A stretch of 64,000 bases of DNA from Lachnospiraceae bacterium. Lineage in GTDB: Bacteria > Bacillota > Clostridia > Lachnospirales > Lachnospiraceae. The notes below the pieces were generated by a model. That model was not told the DNA's origin, did not search any database, and saw only the letters and a program-made list of their open reading frames with translations. The stretch covers positions 19,009 through 83,008 of the forward strand of contig JAFYCS010000095.1 of the NCBI GenBank assembly GCA_017539565.1. The letters are read 5' to 3'. The number at the start of each line of letters is the position of its first letter. Position 1 is the first letter of the stretch. Both the position numbers and the translations under genes were made by a program. This document shows positions 1-9,287 of the stretch, piece by piece.

Positions 1-253
1 TGTTCCTGAATGCCTTGATAAAATACTCAAAGCCGTGGTTCTTAGCCCAGGGCATCTCGGAAACCTTCTGCACGATACTGTACTTTTTGAAGGCTATCAT
101 TACGTAATACATGGGGCTGTACTTGAACACCAGCAGATAGATAAGCGGGATCACCAATAAAAGATACAGCTGCCAGTACCTTTTAAAATACAGCTTGAAG
201 TCTACCTTTTTATGAGGAACTTCTACTTTTTTCTTTTTTCTGAATCTGATCAC
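1..253 (-). CDS. Sugar ABC transporter permease, LplB/YtcP-like; N-terminal part only, gene runs off the window start
   Basis: Minus-strand translation from GTG at 251-253 (RBS GGAGGG 5 nt upstream) gives '...RYWQLYLLLVIPLIYLLVFKYSPMYYVMIAFKKY...', the typical N-terminus of the LplB/YtcP polysaccharide ABC permease family. Not in the supplied ORF track (non-ATG start, truncated). Confidence 0.45.
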   Translation of the reverse strand, partial: MIRFRKKKKVEVPHKKVDFKLYFKRYWQLYLLLVIPLIYLLVFKYSPMYYVMIAFKKYSIVQKVSEMPWAKNHGFEYFIKAFRN

Positions 254-264
254 TTTTTCCCTCC

Positions 265-942
265 TCAAACCTTGAAGTACTCAGGTTTTTTACTTCTTAT
301 TTCTTTTTCATCTATCTGATATCTGCTCAGATGTTTGTCAACAAGCTCAACCGCAGTCTTTTTATCTCTTGCCTTTATGGCTTCCAGCATATTGCGGTGA
401 TCACCGACTACCTTGAAATCCTTTACCGTAGCTACGGAAAGATTTCGAACCCTGTCAAAGTGGATCATCAGGGTCGAATGGATCTCATAGATAATATCTT
501 TTTTAGCTACAACATAGATATCTTTATGGAACTGATTATCCAGTTCGAAGATCTTATCTGTCATACCCTTTGACAGGTAATACTCCTGAAGTGATACATT
601 ATCTTCCAGGAGCTTGATCCCCTCTTCGTCTATCTCATCACAGGCAGTTTCTATCACCGCTGTGTCGGTTATCTTTCTTAAGAATCTTGCTTCCTCTACC
701 ATCTTGGGGTCGATGAGTGAAATAAAGCTTCCCCTCTGTGGATATATCTCTATCAGATAAGCCTTAGCCAGTTCGATTATCGCCTCTCTTACCGGTGTAC
801 GCGAGATCTTGAGTTCTGCCGAAAGCTCATTTTCCGATATAGCCATTCCGGGCTTGAGCTCCAGGGAGAGTATGTTCTCCTTCAAAACCCTCAACGCAAA
901 ATCTCTGGCCGTCTCCCGTGAGTATTTATTGAGTACCTTCAT
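265..942 (-). CDS. GntR-family transcriptional regulator (N-terminal wHTH, C-terminal FCD/FadR-like domain)
   Basis: 225 aa. N-terminal '...ELSAELKISRTPVREAIIELAKAYLIE' HTH. Size and layout match the FadR/FCD subfamily. A palindromic operator lies just upstream. Confidence 0.85.
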   Translation of the reverse strand: MKVLNKYSRETARDFALRVLKENILSLELKPGMAISENELSAELKISRTPVREAIIELAKAYLIEIYPQRGSFISLIDPKMVEEARFLRKITDTAVIETACDEIDEEGIKLLEDNVSLQEYYLSKGMTDKIFELDNQFHKDIYVVAKKDIIYEIHSTLMIHFDRVRNLSVATVKDFKVVGDHRNMLEAIKARDKKTAVELVDKHLSRYQIDEKEIRSKKPEYFKV

Positions 943-974
943 TTTTACCCCTCAAAAGTGATAGCAGCCACTTA

Positions 975-996
975 ATATACTTGTATACAAGTATAT
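975..996. promoter_or_regulatory. Perfect 22-bp palindrome ATATACTTGTATACAAGTATAT in the GntR promoter region; putative GntR/FadR-type operator (GT-N-AC core)
   Basis: Read directly in the sequence. Centred about 40 nt upstream of the GntR start. Core tTGTATACAa fits the GntR-family consensus. Confidence 0.45.
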
Positions 997-1096
997 TACG
1001 ATTTTTATAATATAACATATCTGTCAATTTGAAAAGTATTAATTGTTGAATTTTTACATAGAATTTAGTCTGAGATTTTGTTGAAAGTGCTTACAT

Positions 1097-1130
1097 AAAA
1101 ACCACCCCATAGGACAGGGGTGGTTTTTCG
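1097..1130 (-). terminator. Rho-independent terminator, bidirectional hairpin, downstream of the hydrogenase-MCP gene
   Basis: accacccc-N8-ggggtggt stem followed by TTTTT on the plus strand and flanked by A/T runs on the minus strand. Confidence 0.6.
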
Positions 1131-1155
1131 GGATATTTTTCAAAAAACTATAATA

Positions 1156-3093
1156 TCAGAACGATTCAAGCAGCTGCTTAAGCGAATCCTCCACATTCCG
1201 TGTAACAGACTGCATCATATCAACGGAAGAAGCCGTTTCTTCGGAGGATGCTACCAGACTCTCCGCACGCCCGTTAACGCTGCTTACTATCTCGGAAAGA
1301 TGCTGCGATTCTTCTATCAGTTTGTTCAGTATTTCCTTGATATCACTGTTGTTCCTGTTACTGTCATCCGCTGTGACTTTTGAGTTCTCTGCCAGTATCT
1401 TGATCTCCTCGGCAACAACGGCAAAGCCTCTTCCCGCCTCGCCTGCACGGGCCGCTTCTATGGAAGCATTGAGCGCCAGCAGGTTTGTCTGACTGGAGAT
1501 CGCTATTACATTGGCATTATTTGCGTCAAGCTTCCCAAGACACTCTTCTATAGTAGAAAGTACTTTTTTCAGCTCCTGGGTAAAATCCTCTACCTCTGCC
1601 ATGGACTGTGAGATACCTGTAGTCTGGCTGGCATTTTCTTCACTTGCCTTCTGTATCATCATAATGGATTCGATCAGTTTATCAAAATTCTGATTGATCC
1701 CGGCTCCCAGGGATTCTTTCTTCTCATTCATCTCCTGATGAGCCCGCTTAACTTCATCCGCAAGCTCCACAGCCCTGTCTTTTTCCTCATATGCCCTGTC
1801 TTTGATGTAATGCACACAGTTATGATGATGACTGAACCCGTTGGCTATTGCGATCGCCATATCACGACAGGTATCATATCCGCAGCATCCGCAGTCTATA
1901 TGACGGTCAGTAAATGTCTTCTTTTTTAATGTATCGTTGAAGATCTTCTCAATTTCCGCTTCCGAAGGAACACGGTATGCACATTCCCTGCTTCTGTCCG
2001 TATATTTACGTATAAAGTCATCCAGCTTCAGATCCGCAAACTGCTTATTGAGGGCAGCTATTCTCTTTTCAGGTGTCAGTCCCCTTCCCCACGCCGATCT
2101 TTTCGAATCATTTTTGCTGTTTTTGCGGATCTTCTGGATATTGATAAAGACGTCTTCGTTAAATGTCTTTCTGTTATCAACCCCCGTACCGTAAAGGCAT
2201 CCGCTGGAACAGTTCAGCGCATCCACAAAAAGATAAGGCGTGTTTCCGTTTTTCAGGCGGTCTTTGTTACGGCGAAGATATTCATACATATGGTGTTCGC
2301 CTTCCATCTGACGGATGCATGCATCCTCTCCCAGCAGCCAGTATACATTTTCCTTAAGGCCACCCGGCATCGGATAGATGGAACCAAGACCGTATTCGAT
2401 CTCATCATTATAAGCCCCGGCACCGCTTACCGGATGTTCCTTAAGATAAGCGACCAGCTTTGAGAAGGTCAGGTTATATGATACATATCCCTTATTGTTA
2501 GGGTCATCGATCTCGTTCTTTTTTGCGATACAGGGACTGATAAACGCCAGCCTGTCATTTTCCTTAAGGTATTTCTTTACATATATGGCGGAACACATCA
2601 TGGGGCTCTGTACCGGCATCAGCTTAGGCAGCAGTTCCGGCAGATATCTCTCGATATACCCGACTACTGCGGGACAGGGCTGTGATATACCACCGTAGAA
2701 ATTGTTCTCAGTGATATACTTAATATATGCCCAGGTGGTTATATCCGCACCGAATGAGACGCTGATAAAACGCCTGACACCCAGCTTTTTAAGCATACCC
2801 AGATATTTCCCGTATTCATTCGGGTAATTGGCCAGAAACGCAGGTGCGATCAGTACCGAGATCTTTTCCCCGCGTTTCAGGTCCGAGAAGAACCGTTCCA
2901 CATCATCTTCGTATTCCCTGGCCCCATGCTCGCAGGCATCTATACATGCCCCGCAGGCGATACATTTCTTGGGGTCAACCTCAATGATGTTACCTCTTTC
3001 CTTCTCAACCGCAATATTGGCACCTGTACAACTACATGTTCTGATACATCTGTTACAGCCTATGCATTTTTCATTTGTCCTGATCAATCCCAT
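1156..3093 (-). CDS. Putative sensory [FeFe]-hydrogenase-like protein fused to an MCP signalling domain (ferredoxin-type 4Fe-4S clusters + H-cluster domain + RnfB-type Fe-S domain + methyl-accepting C-terminus); soluble
   Basis: N-terminal CxxCxxCxxxC x2; H-cluster-like motifs 'QPCP' (L1 variant), 'SPCIAKKNE' (L2, Met->Ser) and '[11 protein letters not shown]' (L3); '[22 protein letters not shown]' Fe-S domain; C-terminal '[30 protein letters not shown]' MCP signature. No TM segments. Confidence 0.8.
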   Translation of the reverse strand: MGLIRTNEKCIGCNRCIRTCSCTGANIAVEKERGNIIEVDPKKCIACGACIDACEHGAREYEDDVERFFSDLKRGEKISVLIAPAFLANYPNEYGKYLGMLKKLGVRRFISVSFGADITTWAYIKYITENNFYGGISQPCPAVVGYIERYLPELLPKLMPVQSPMMCSAIYVKKYLKENDRLAFISPCIAKKNEIDDPNNKGYVSYNLTFSKLVAYLKEHPVSGAGAYNDEIEYGLGSIYPMPGGLKENVYWLLGEDACIRQMEGEHHMYEYLRRNKDRLKNGNTPYLFVDALNCSSGCLYGTGVDNRKTFNEDVFINIQKIRKNSKNDSKRSAWGRGLTPEKRIAALNKQFADLKLDDFIRKYTDRSRECAYRVPSEAEIEKIFNDTLKKKTFTDRHIDCGCCGYDTCRDMAIAIANGFSHHHNCVHYIKDRAYEEKDRAVELADEVKRAHQEMNEKKESLGAGINQNFDKLIESIMMIQKASEENASQTTGISQSMAEVEDFTQELKKVLSTIEECLGKLDANNANVIAISSQTNLLALNASIEAARAGEAGRGFAVVAEEIKILAENSKVTADDSNRNNSDIKEILNKLIEESQHLSEIVSSVNGRAESLVASSEETASSVDMMQSVTRNVEDSLKQLLESF

Positions 3094-3121
3094 GTATTAT
3101 ACCCCCATTACGGATCCGCGA

Positions 3122-4702
3122 TCAGATCCCGAACAGGTCGCTCAGCTCCTTTAATGCTCCGTCTGTCTCGTGAGCCAGAACCTTCTTTGCAAGGACCTTT
3201 CCGAGCTGCACGCCTTCCTGATCGAAGCTGTTTACGTTCCATAAGAAGCCCTGGAACATGATCTTATTCTCAAAGTGCGAAAGCAATGCGCCCATTGACT
3301 CCGGAGTAAGCTGCTTTCCTATTATGATGCTTGAAGGACGGTTACCCGCAAACTTCTTATTGTTATTGTCATCATCCTTACCGCAGGCAAATGCTATTAT
3401 CTGTGCAACAACATTGGCACATAACTTCTTCTGGCTGGTACTGCCCTGGATATCAACATCCACGCCCAGCTGGCTGTCCTTAAAGCCGATGAACTGAAGG
3501 GGAATGATGTCGGTACCCTGATGAAGCAGCTGATAGAAGGAATGCTGTCCGTTGGTTCCCGGCTCTCCAAAGAGTACCGGACCGGTAGGATAGCTTACAA
3601 ACTCACCGAAACGGTTAACACTCTTTCCGTTTGATTCCATATCTGCCTGCTGCAGATGTGCGGGGAAACGGCTGAGTGCCTGTGAATAAGGCAGCAGGGC
3701 TGTTGAAGGGAAGCCCAGTACATTTCTTTCATAAAGCCCGATAAGTGCATCCAGCATAGCAGGATTGGTCCTGATATCCTTGTTAGTTGCAAGCTTATCT
3801 TCCTCTGCTGCACCATTTAAGAAACGTGCAAATACTTCGGGGGTGAATGCCAGAGAAAGAACAGCACCACCTACAGCAGATGTAGAAGAAAATCTGCCGC
3901 CGATAAAATCATCCATGAAGAATGCCTTGAGATAATCGCTGTTACCTGCAAGAGGAGAAGTCTCACTGGTAACCGCTACCATATGTTTGGAAGCATCAAG
4001 CCCTGCCTTCTTTAAGGCATCCTTTACAAAAGACTCATTTGTCAGTGTCTCAAGAGTAGTACCTGATTTTGATACCAGCACAAAGAGCGAATGAGCCACA
4101 TCTATGCCCTGAAGTACGCCTGCTGCATCATCGGGATCTACATTACTGATGAACTTTGCTTCCATATTGAAATTACCGGTCTGTTTTGCCCAGTTCTCCA
4201 GTGCGATATATATTGCACGGGGGCCCAGATCCGAACCGCCGATACCGATCTGTACAACGGTAGTAAACTTCTCTCCTGCGCCATTTACGATCCTGCCTGC
4301 ATGAACATCGTTTGCAAACTCCTCTATCTTCTTCTGCTGAGCCAGATAGAATTCTCTTTTGTTAACACCGTCCTTAACCACATCGTTTCCAAGCTGTGAA
4401 CGGGTCAGATGGTGAAGCACCAGTCTCTTTTCTCCCGTATTGATCACTTCACCGTTGAAAAGCGCCTCAAACTTCTCTGCCAGCTGTGCCTCATCTGCAA
4501 GCTTTGCAAGTCCGTCAACTATATCATCATTAACTGCCTTTGCAGCATAGTTATAATCAAGACCTGCCGCCATGGGTACGGTATATTTCTTAACGCGCTG
4601 GGCACCGCTATCGCCGCTCATCACATCCTTTAAGCTTACCTTTTCCTTGCTTCCCAGTTCTTTAAAAGAAGCCAGCGTGTCCAGATTCTTCCATTCGATC
4701 AT
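3122..4702 (-). CDS. pgi: Glucose-6-phosphate isomerase
   Basis: 526 aa. Conserved 'IGIGGSDLGP', 'ESNGK', 'GEPGTNGQHSFYQL' PGI motifs. Confidence 0.95.
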   Translation of the reverse strand: MIEWKNLDTLASFKELGSKEKVSLKDVMSGDSGAQRVKKYTVPMAAGLDYNYAAKAVNDDIVDGLAKLADEAQLAEKFEALFNGEVINTGEKRLVLHHLTRSQLGNDVVKDGVNKREFYLAQQKKIEEFANDVHAGRIVNGAGEKFTTVVQIGIGGSDLGPRAIYIALENWAKQTGNFNMEAKFISNVDPDDAAGVLQGIDVAHSLFVLVSKSGTTLETLTNESFVKDALKKAGLDASKHMVAVTSETSPLAGNSDYLKAFFMDDFIGGRFSSTSAVGGAVLSLAFTPEVFARFLNGAAEEDKLATNKDIRTNPAMLDALIGLYERNVLGFPSTALLPYSQALSRFPAHLQQADMESNGKSVNRFGEFVSYPTGPVLFGEPGTNGQHSFYQLLHQGTDIIPLQFIGFKDSQLGVDVDIQGSTSQKKLCANVVAQIIAFACGKDDDNNNKKFAGNRPSSIIIGKQLTPESMGALLSHFENKIMFQGFLWNVNSFDQEGVQLGKVLAKKVLAHETDGALKELSDLFGI

Positions 4703-4829
4703 TTTTAGACCCTCCGTGTGTTATCTATTTCCTCCGGCAGTATCTCCTCCGGAAAATATCGTATCAGATGATATTATACTTTATCAGTGTTCTATATTCA
4801 AGAGGACAGCTCCCGGCTTCACTCCTCCA

Positions 4830-5729
4830 TCAAAAAGCTATCTGTATAGCAAAGTCCCCGTCTTCACTAAGTCCTGCATTTATACCGCAACCATACTTTT
4901 CTGCAATACGCTTAACAACATAAAGCCCCAGGCCGCTGCCTGGAGTATCCCCGGAGGAACTGCGGTGAAAGGGTTTAAAGATATCTTCGATATCCTCTGC
5001 CCCAAGCCTGTCACTGTCATTTGACATACTCAGTACAAAGCCTTTGCCTTCAGGCTTTACAAGCCGTACGTGTATCCTGCTCTTAGCGTACTTACGGGCA
5101 TTGGAATATAAGTTTTCCAGCATCCTGAGTATATCCACTTCACTTGCGAAATAATCACAGCTTTCCTCCGTGATATCCGCTGAAAAACCGATACCCGCAG
5201 CCTCTATCCATTCATATTGTGAAAGCGTCACTTCCTCCAGCAGACGCTTCACGGAAAGCTTTACAGCCTCTTCCTTCCCTTTGCTGTCTACCAGCGAAAG
5301 TGCAAAAAACTCATCTGACAGGTCTTTAAGATAGGTCGTTTTGGCGATGGCTTTTTCCAGGTAATCACTGCTGCGTTCGGATAAGCCCCTGTCCTGTGCA
5401 ACGATCTGCATATAACCGGCCGCAGCGGTAAGAGGCGTACGGAAATCATGTGATATACCGGCAACCATAGTCTGTACCGCCCGGCGCTCCTCCCCCGCTT
5501 TCTTTAAAAGCTGCTGTTCTTCCTCTACATATGCCTGCAATTCCTTAGCCAGCTCTATGGTACACTCATCAAACTGATCGACACGTATCAGACGGTTCTG
5601 TTTTTCCTCACGTATCTCTTTTAACTGCTGCGTAAAAAGACGAAGCTGCCGCCTCTGCCGCAGCAGCTTTACAGCCAGCGCGGCAGAAACGGCAAGCAAT
5701 ATCAAACATAATACTATAAGATACTTCAT
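4830..5729 (-). CDS. Sensor histidine kinase (one N-terminal TM, HisKA + HATPase_c)
   Basis: H-box 'ISHDFRTPLT'; G-boxes 'GSGLGL'. Last gene of a five-gene coupled operon. Confidence 0.85.
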   Translation of the reverse strand: MKYLIVLCLILLAVSAALAVKLLRQRRQLRLFTQQLKEIREEKQNRLIRVDQFDECTIELAKELQAYVEEEQQLLKKAGEERRAVQTMVAGISHDFRTPLTAAAGYMQIVAQDRGLSERSSDYLEKAIAKTTYLKDLSDEFFALSLVDSKGKEEAVKLSVKRLLEEVTLSQYEWIEAAGIGFSADITEESCDYFASEVDILRMLENLYSNARKYAKSRIHVRLVKPEGKGFVLSMSNDSDRLGAEDIEDIFKPFHRSSSGDTPGSGLGLYVVKRIAEKYGCGINAGLSEDGDFAIQIAF

Positions 5730-6469
5730 GCTATCTTTCTCTTCTTTATCCCCGTATCTATAATGAAATACCAGATCGCAAACTCTGCAACAAAACCGAT
5801 CAATACATGCAGCACTATCATACTGTCTACCGGCTCACTTATCAGTATCATCATCTGATTCATCAGTGATGTATGTGCAATGTGCAGAGCCAGCTTTTCA
5901 TATCCCATAACAGTACCGGCAAGCCACATAAGAAACGGGATTCCGGCGGAATCTATGAGTAAAAATCTTATATAACAGACAACTGCTCCCATAGCATGAC
6001 GCCTCAGGCACAGAGCTATCAATATACTGCAGCAGACAATATGCGCCAGTACGATAATGATCAGCAACAGTCTTATAAGTGCATGATCAAAAGATCCCGT
6101 TCCGCGATAGAAGCCGACAAAAACATAATAACCGCAGCAGCCAATGACCGAAATGATAAGAAATATTATCCCATCCGTGAATATCTTGCTGAATACTATT
6201 GCCGCAGTCCTGTTTCCGGCCATTATCTCAAATCGGCCAAGCTTTCCGTTATCATACAGCTTTCCGGTGATCGCTGCAAAGACACAGGGTAATATCATCA
6301 AGGCAAACATCATTATCACGGCACTGCCGCCGATCTGCGTACCCAGATCCTGATCGATGCGTTCCAATGAGTTTAATACCGTTATGGATGCAAATACCGC
6401 AGTGCATAACAACATAAAAGGAATACGCGGCTTTAAACGGAACAATTCAGCTTTTATAAGTCTGTTCAT
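5726..6469 (-). CDS. ABC-2 family transporter permease (six TM)
   Basis: 247 aa, polytopic and hydrophobic. 4-nt overlaps with the ATPase upstream and the kinase downstream. Confidence 0.6.
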   Translation of the reverse strand: MNRLIKAELFRLKPRIPFMLLCTAVFASITVLNSLERIDQDLGTQIGGSAVIMMFALMILPCVFAAITGKLYDNGKLGRFEIMAGNRTAAIVFSKIFTDGIIFLIISVIGCCGYYVFVGFYRGTGSFDHALIRLLLIIIVLAHIVCCSILIALCLRRHAMGAVVCYIRFLLIDSAGIPFLMWLAGTVMGYEKLALHIAHTSLMNQMMILISEPVDSMIVLHVLIGFVAEFAIWYFIIDTGIKKRKIA

Positions 6470-7410
6470 ACTTCTTCACCCACCTTTCCGATGTAATAAT
6501 CTTCCAACGACTCTCCTTCCGGATTTAAACGGGTTATGATGAACCCGTGATCCGTTACGGTTTTGGATATCAGTTTCAATTCATCCAGCCGTTCATAGAT
6601 CAGTATCTCGTTTTCATGGGTGATCCTGTAATTATGTATGTTAAGCTCTTCTTCAAGCACAGTTGCTGTCCGGGCAATATCATCGGTATTCAGCGCCAGG
6701 CACGAACGTGTTTTCTGAAGAAGCTCCTCATGTGAAAGCTCCTCTATAAGTTTTCCGTTTTTTACTATGGCGTAATCCGTGCAGAGCTCGGAAAGCTCCT
6801 TTAAGATATGGCTCGATATCAGGACCGTTATGTTATCCCTGCTCACCAGTTCTCCCAGCATATTGCGGATGTCTATGATGCCCTCCGGATCAAGTCCGTT
6901 GATCGGCTCGTCCAAAACCATTATCTCCGGCTTAGGCAGCAAAGACATCGCCAGGCCAAGGCGCTGCTTCATACCAAGGGAGAAATCTTTCGCCGGCTTT
7001 TTTCCTGTACCGGTAAGTCCCACAAAATCAAGCAGCTCATCAACACATTTTTCATCAGGTATGCCACGCAGCAAACGCATATATTCCGTATTCTGCCTTG
7101 CAGTCATACCGTAGTCCATATAGGGTTCTTCGATGATGAAGCTTATACGCTCACGCTTCTTATCCAGATCGTCCGATCCGAAAAACTTCATGCTTCCCGA
7201 ATCTGCTGCAGTAAGTCCCGCCATCATCTTCATAATGGTAGTCTTTCCTGCACCGTTGGGACCTATCAGACCGTATATGTGCCCTTTTTCCATTTTGAGT
7301 GAAAAACCGTCCACGGCACATTTCCCGCCATAGTTTTTGGACAGTTTATCAATTTCCATTACATATTCCATGGCTTCCTCCTCCTTGTATGAAGCCAGTA
7401 TAGTAAGCAA
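6466..7410 (-). CDS. ABC transporter ATP-binding protein
   Basis: Walker A 'GPNGAGKTT', signature 'LSLGMKQRL', Walker B 'IMVLDEP'. Confidence 0.9.
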   Translation of the reverse strand: MLTILASYKEEEAMEYVMEIDKLSKNYGGKCAVDGFSLKMEKGHIYGLIGPNGAGKTTIMKMMAGLTAADSGSMKFFGSDDLDKKRERISFIIEEPYMDYGMTARQNTEYMRLLRGIPDEKCVDELLDFVGLTGTGKKPAKDFSLGMKQRLGLAMSLLPKPEIMVLDEPINGLDPEGIIDIRNMLGELVSRDNITVLISSHILKELSELCTDYAIVKNGKLIEELSHEELLQKTRSCLALNTDDIARTATVLEEELNIHNYRITHENEILIYERLDELKLISKTVTDHGFIITRLNPEGESLEDYYIGKVGEEV

Positions 7411-7446
7411 ATGTTCAGAAAAGGTTAAGACAGCTCTTAATCTTTG

Positions 7447-8124
7447 TTAATTTGCCAGTCTGTAACCCATTCCCCATACGGTCTCTATATATTCTTCGGT
7501 ATCGGCTGCGGAAAGCTTGCTGCGCAGATTACTCATATGAACCTTTACGGCGTTATCATCATAGTTTCCGCTGTCTTCATCCCACAGCGAATCAAAAATG
7601 TTGGAACGTGAAAAGATCTTGTCAGGATGAGAAAGAAACAGATTTAAGATAGCATATTCTTTTGACGTAAGTGTCAGTTCTTTACCGTTTATAAAAGCTC
7701 TTCCCTCTTTTGTATGAAGACTCAGATTTTTATGGGAAAGCACTTCGCTGTTCTTCTTTGCATTTCCGCTTCTTCGCAGCATGGCTTCGATACGTACCAG
7801 CACCTCACCCAGGTCAAAAGGTTTGGTGATGTAATCATCTGCACCTATACGGATAACATCTATCTTTGTCTGAACCATATCCTTTGCAGAAAGGACTATA
7901 ACAGGAACATCTGAACGTTCTCTGAGCTCCTTTAGCATCTGGTCACCACTCTTATATGGCAGCATAATATCAAGAAGTATCAGATCGTACTCCTCATCCA
8001 AAGCCTTTTTAAGCCCCTCCATCCCGTTCACCGCAGCTTCAGTCTCATATCCGTTATCCGCAAGAAACGAACAAAGCAGCTCCCGTATCTCATTATCATC
8101 TTCGACCAATAATATTCTTGTCAT
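7447..8124 (-). CDS. OmpR-family response regulator (REC + winged-helix)
   Basis: 'ILLVEDDNEIRELL', 'LLDIMLP', C-terminal 'YIETVWGMGYRL'. Confidence 0.9.
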   Translation of the reverse strand: MTRILLVEDDNEIRELLCSFLADNGYETEAAVNGMEGLKKALDEEYDLILLDIMLPYKSGDQMLKELRERSDVPVIVLSAKDMVQTKIDVIRIGADDYITKPFDLGEVLVRIEAMLRRSGNAKKNSEVLSHKNLSLHTKEGRAFINGKELTLTSKEYAILNLFLSHPDKIFSRSNIFDSLWDEDSGNYDDNAVKVHMSNLRSKLSAADTEEYIETVWGMGYRLAN

Positions 8125-9218
8125 TCTGTTTTACCTGCAATCTCATCGTTCATATAGCTTACACAGATAAACCAGTCTGCTTTGTTATTCAGATATACAT
8201 CAGCATATGTGGCATCCCAGGTTGAATGTCCCGATGTCAGGGTAAACCCGCCAAAATATGATTCCCTGCTGTAGATATATACGCCGGGATTAAAGTTGAT
8301 CCTGTATTCTCCCGAGGCAAGCCTGGTAATATCCGAATATTCGGCCATGAAGTATCCTGTTTTCACTCCGTCACCTTCGTCATAATCAAATGAAACCACA
8401 AATACGGTATTCTGATCCGAATAATCCTTTTTAACCAGTGTATAGACTGCACATATCTCAAAGCTTCCCGGCACATATGAGGAAAAGTCCTCATCACACT
8501 GGGATTTTGCAAGACTGACTGCTCCTTTCTTAAGGATCTCATAATCCTCTTCGCCCACATCACGGACATCGGTAACATATTCATCAAGACCGGATACGGT
8601 AAATGTTTTTTCGGTCTGGGTCAGCACATATTTAGTATTGCCTTTTTTTACGGTATCTGTATCATACTTTACGGTAATGGTATCTCCGTTACTTAAATTC
8701 TCCATGCTTGTAGTAGTTTTTTCCAATGTACTTATATCGTATACATTTGTATCACTCAGTCTGCCGCTTGCCCGTCCGCTGATACCGGAATAATTTATGC
8801 TCAGTTTAACAAAGGGATCGACCTCAACCTCCTTTTCAGATGATCCGCTTGAGGAACCTGCCAGATGCATAGTTTTTTTACCTAACACTGCAAAATATAT
8901 CAGTCCTCCTACCAGATAGAAGAAAAAATATACCCCGACAATTGACAGTACTATGGTAAGAGCAATTTTCTTTGCTTTTGCCGTATCTGTCTTTCGTGGA
9001 TTCTGTCCGCTCATGTCATTCATGATCTGCTTGATCTGCATATCCTGGATATCATCACGCATACGGTCGTTCTTCGGTCCGTATTCTTCCGTCATGTCCA
9101 GGGATGCGCCACAGAATTCACACTTTGTTGTCTTTTTGCTGTCATCATACGATACCGATGCACCGCAATTCGGACATGTTATTGATCTTACTTTTATGGC
9201 CATTTTTTCCTCCGTCAT
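8121..9218 (-). CDS. Hypothetical membrane protein: N-terminal zinc ribbon, one TM, extracytoplasmic domain
   Basis: 'CPNCGASVSY...CEFCGASL' zinc ribbon; TM 'IALTIVLSIVGVYFFFYLVGGLIYFAVL'. 4-nt overlap with the response-regulator gene, so it is the first gene of the operon. Confidence 0.5.
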   Translation of the reverse strand: MTEEKMAIKVRSITCPNCGASVSYDDSKKTTKCEFCGASLDMTEEYGPKNDRMRDDIQDMQIKQIMNDMSGQNPRKTDTAKAKKIALTIVLSIVGVYFFFYLVGGLIYFAVLGKKTMHLAGSSSGSSEKEVEVDPFVKLSINYSGISGRASGRLSDTNVYDISTLEKTTTSMENLSNGDTITVKYDTDTVKKGNTKYVLTQTEKTFTVSGLDEYVTDVRDVGEEDYEILKKGAVSLAKSQCDEDFSSYVPGSFEICAVYTLVKKDYSDQNTVFVVSFDYDEGDGVKTGYFMAEYSDITRLASGEYRINFNPGVYIYSRESYFGGFTLTSGHSTWDATYADVYLNNKADWFICVSYMNDEIAGKTE

Positions 9219-9287
9219 ATCTGTTTATAAATACTGATCCGCTTTGTATCAGTATACCTTAAATTGTTTTTTTTATTCAACCTTTTA

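Noticed and set aside
9243-9266. 8-bp-stem hairpin (atactgat-N7-atcagtat) between the SNF2 gene and the zinc-ribbon gene
   Set aside because: Weak AT-rich stem without an adjacent U-tract in the transcribed (minus) orientation, so not a convincing terminator. Could be noise in AT-rich intergenic DNA.
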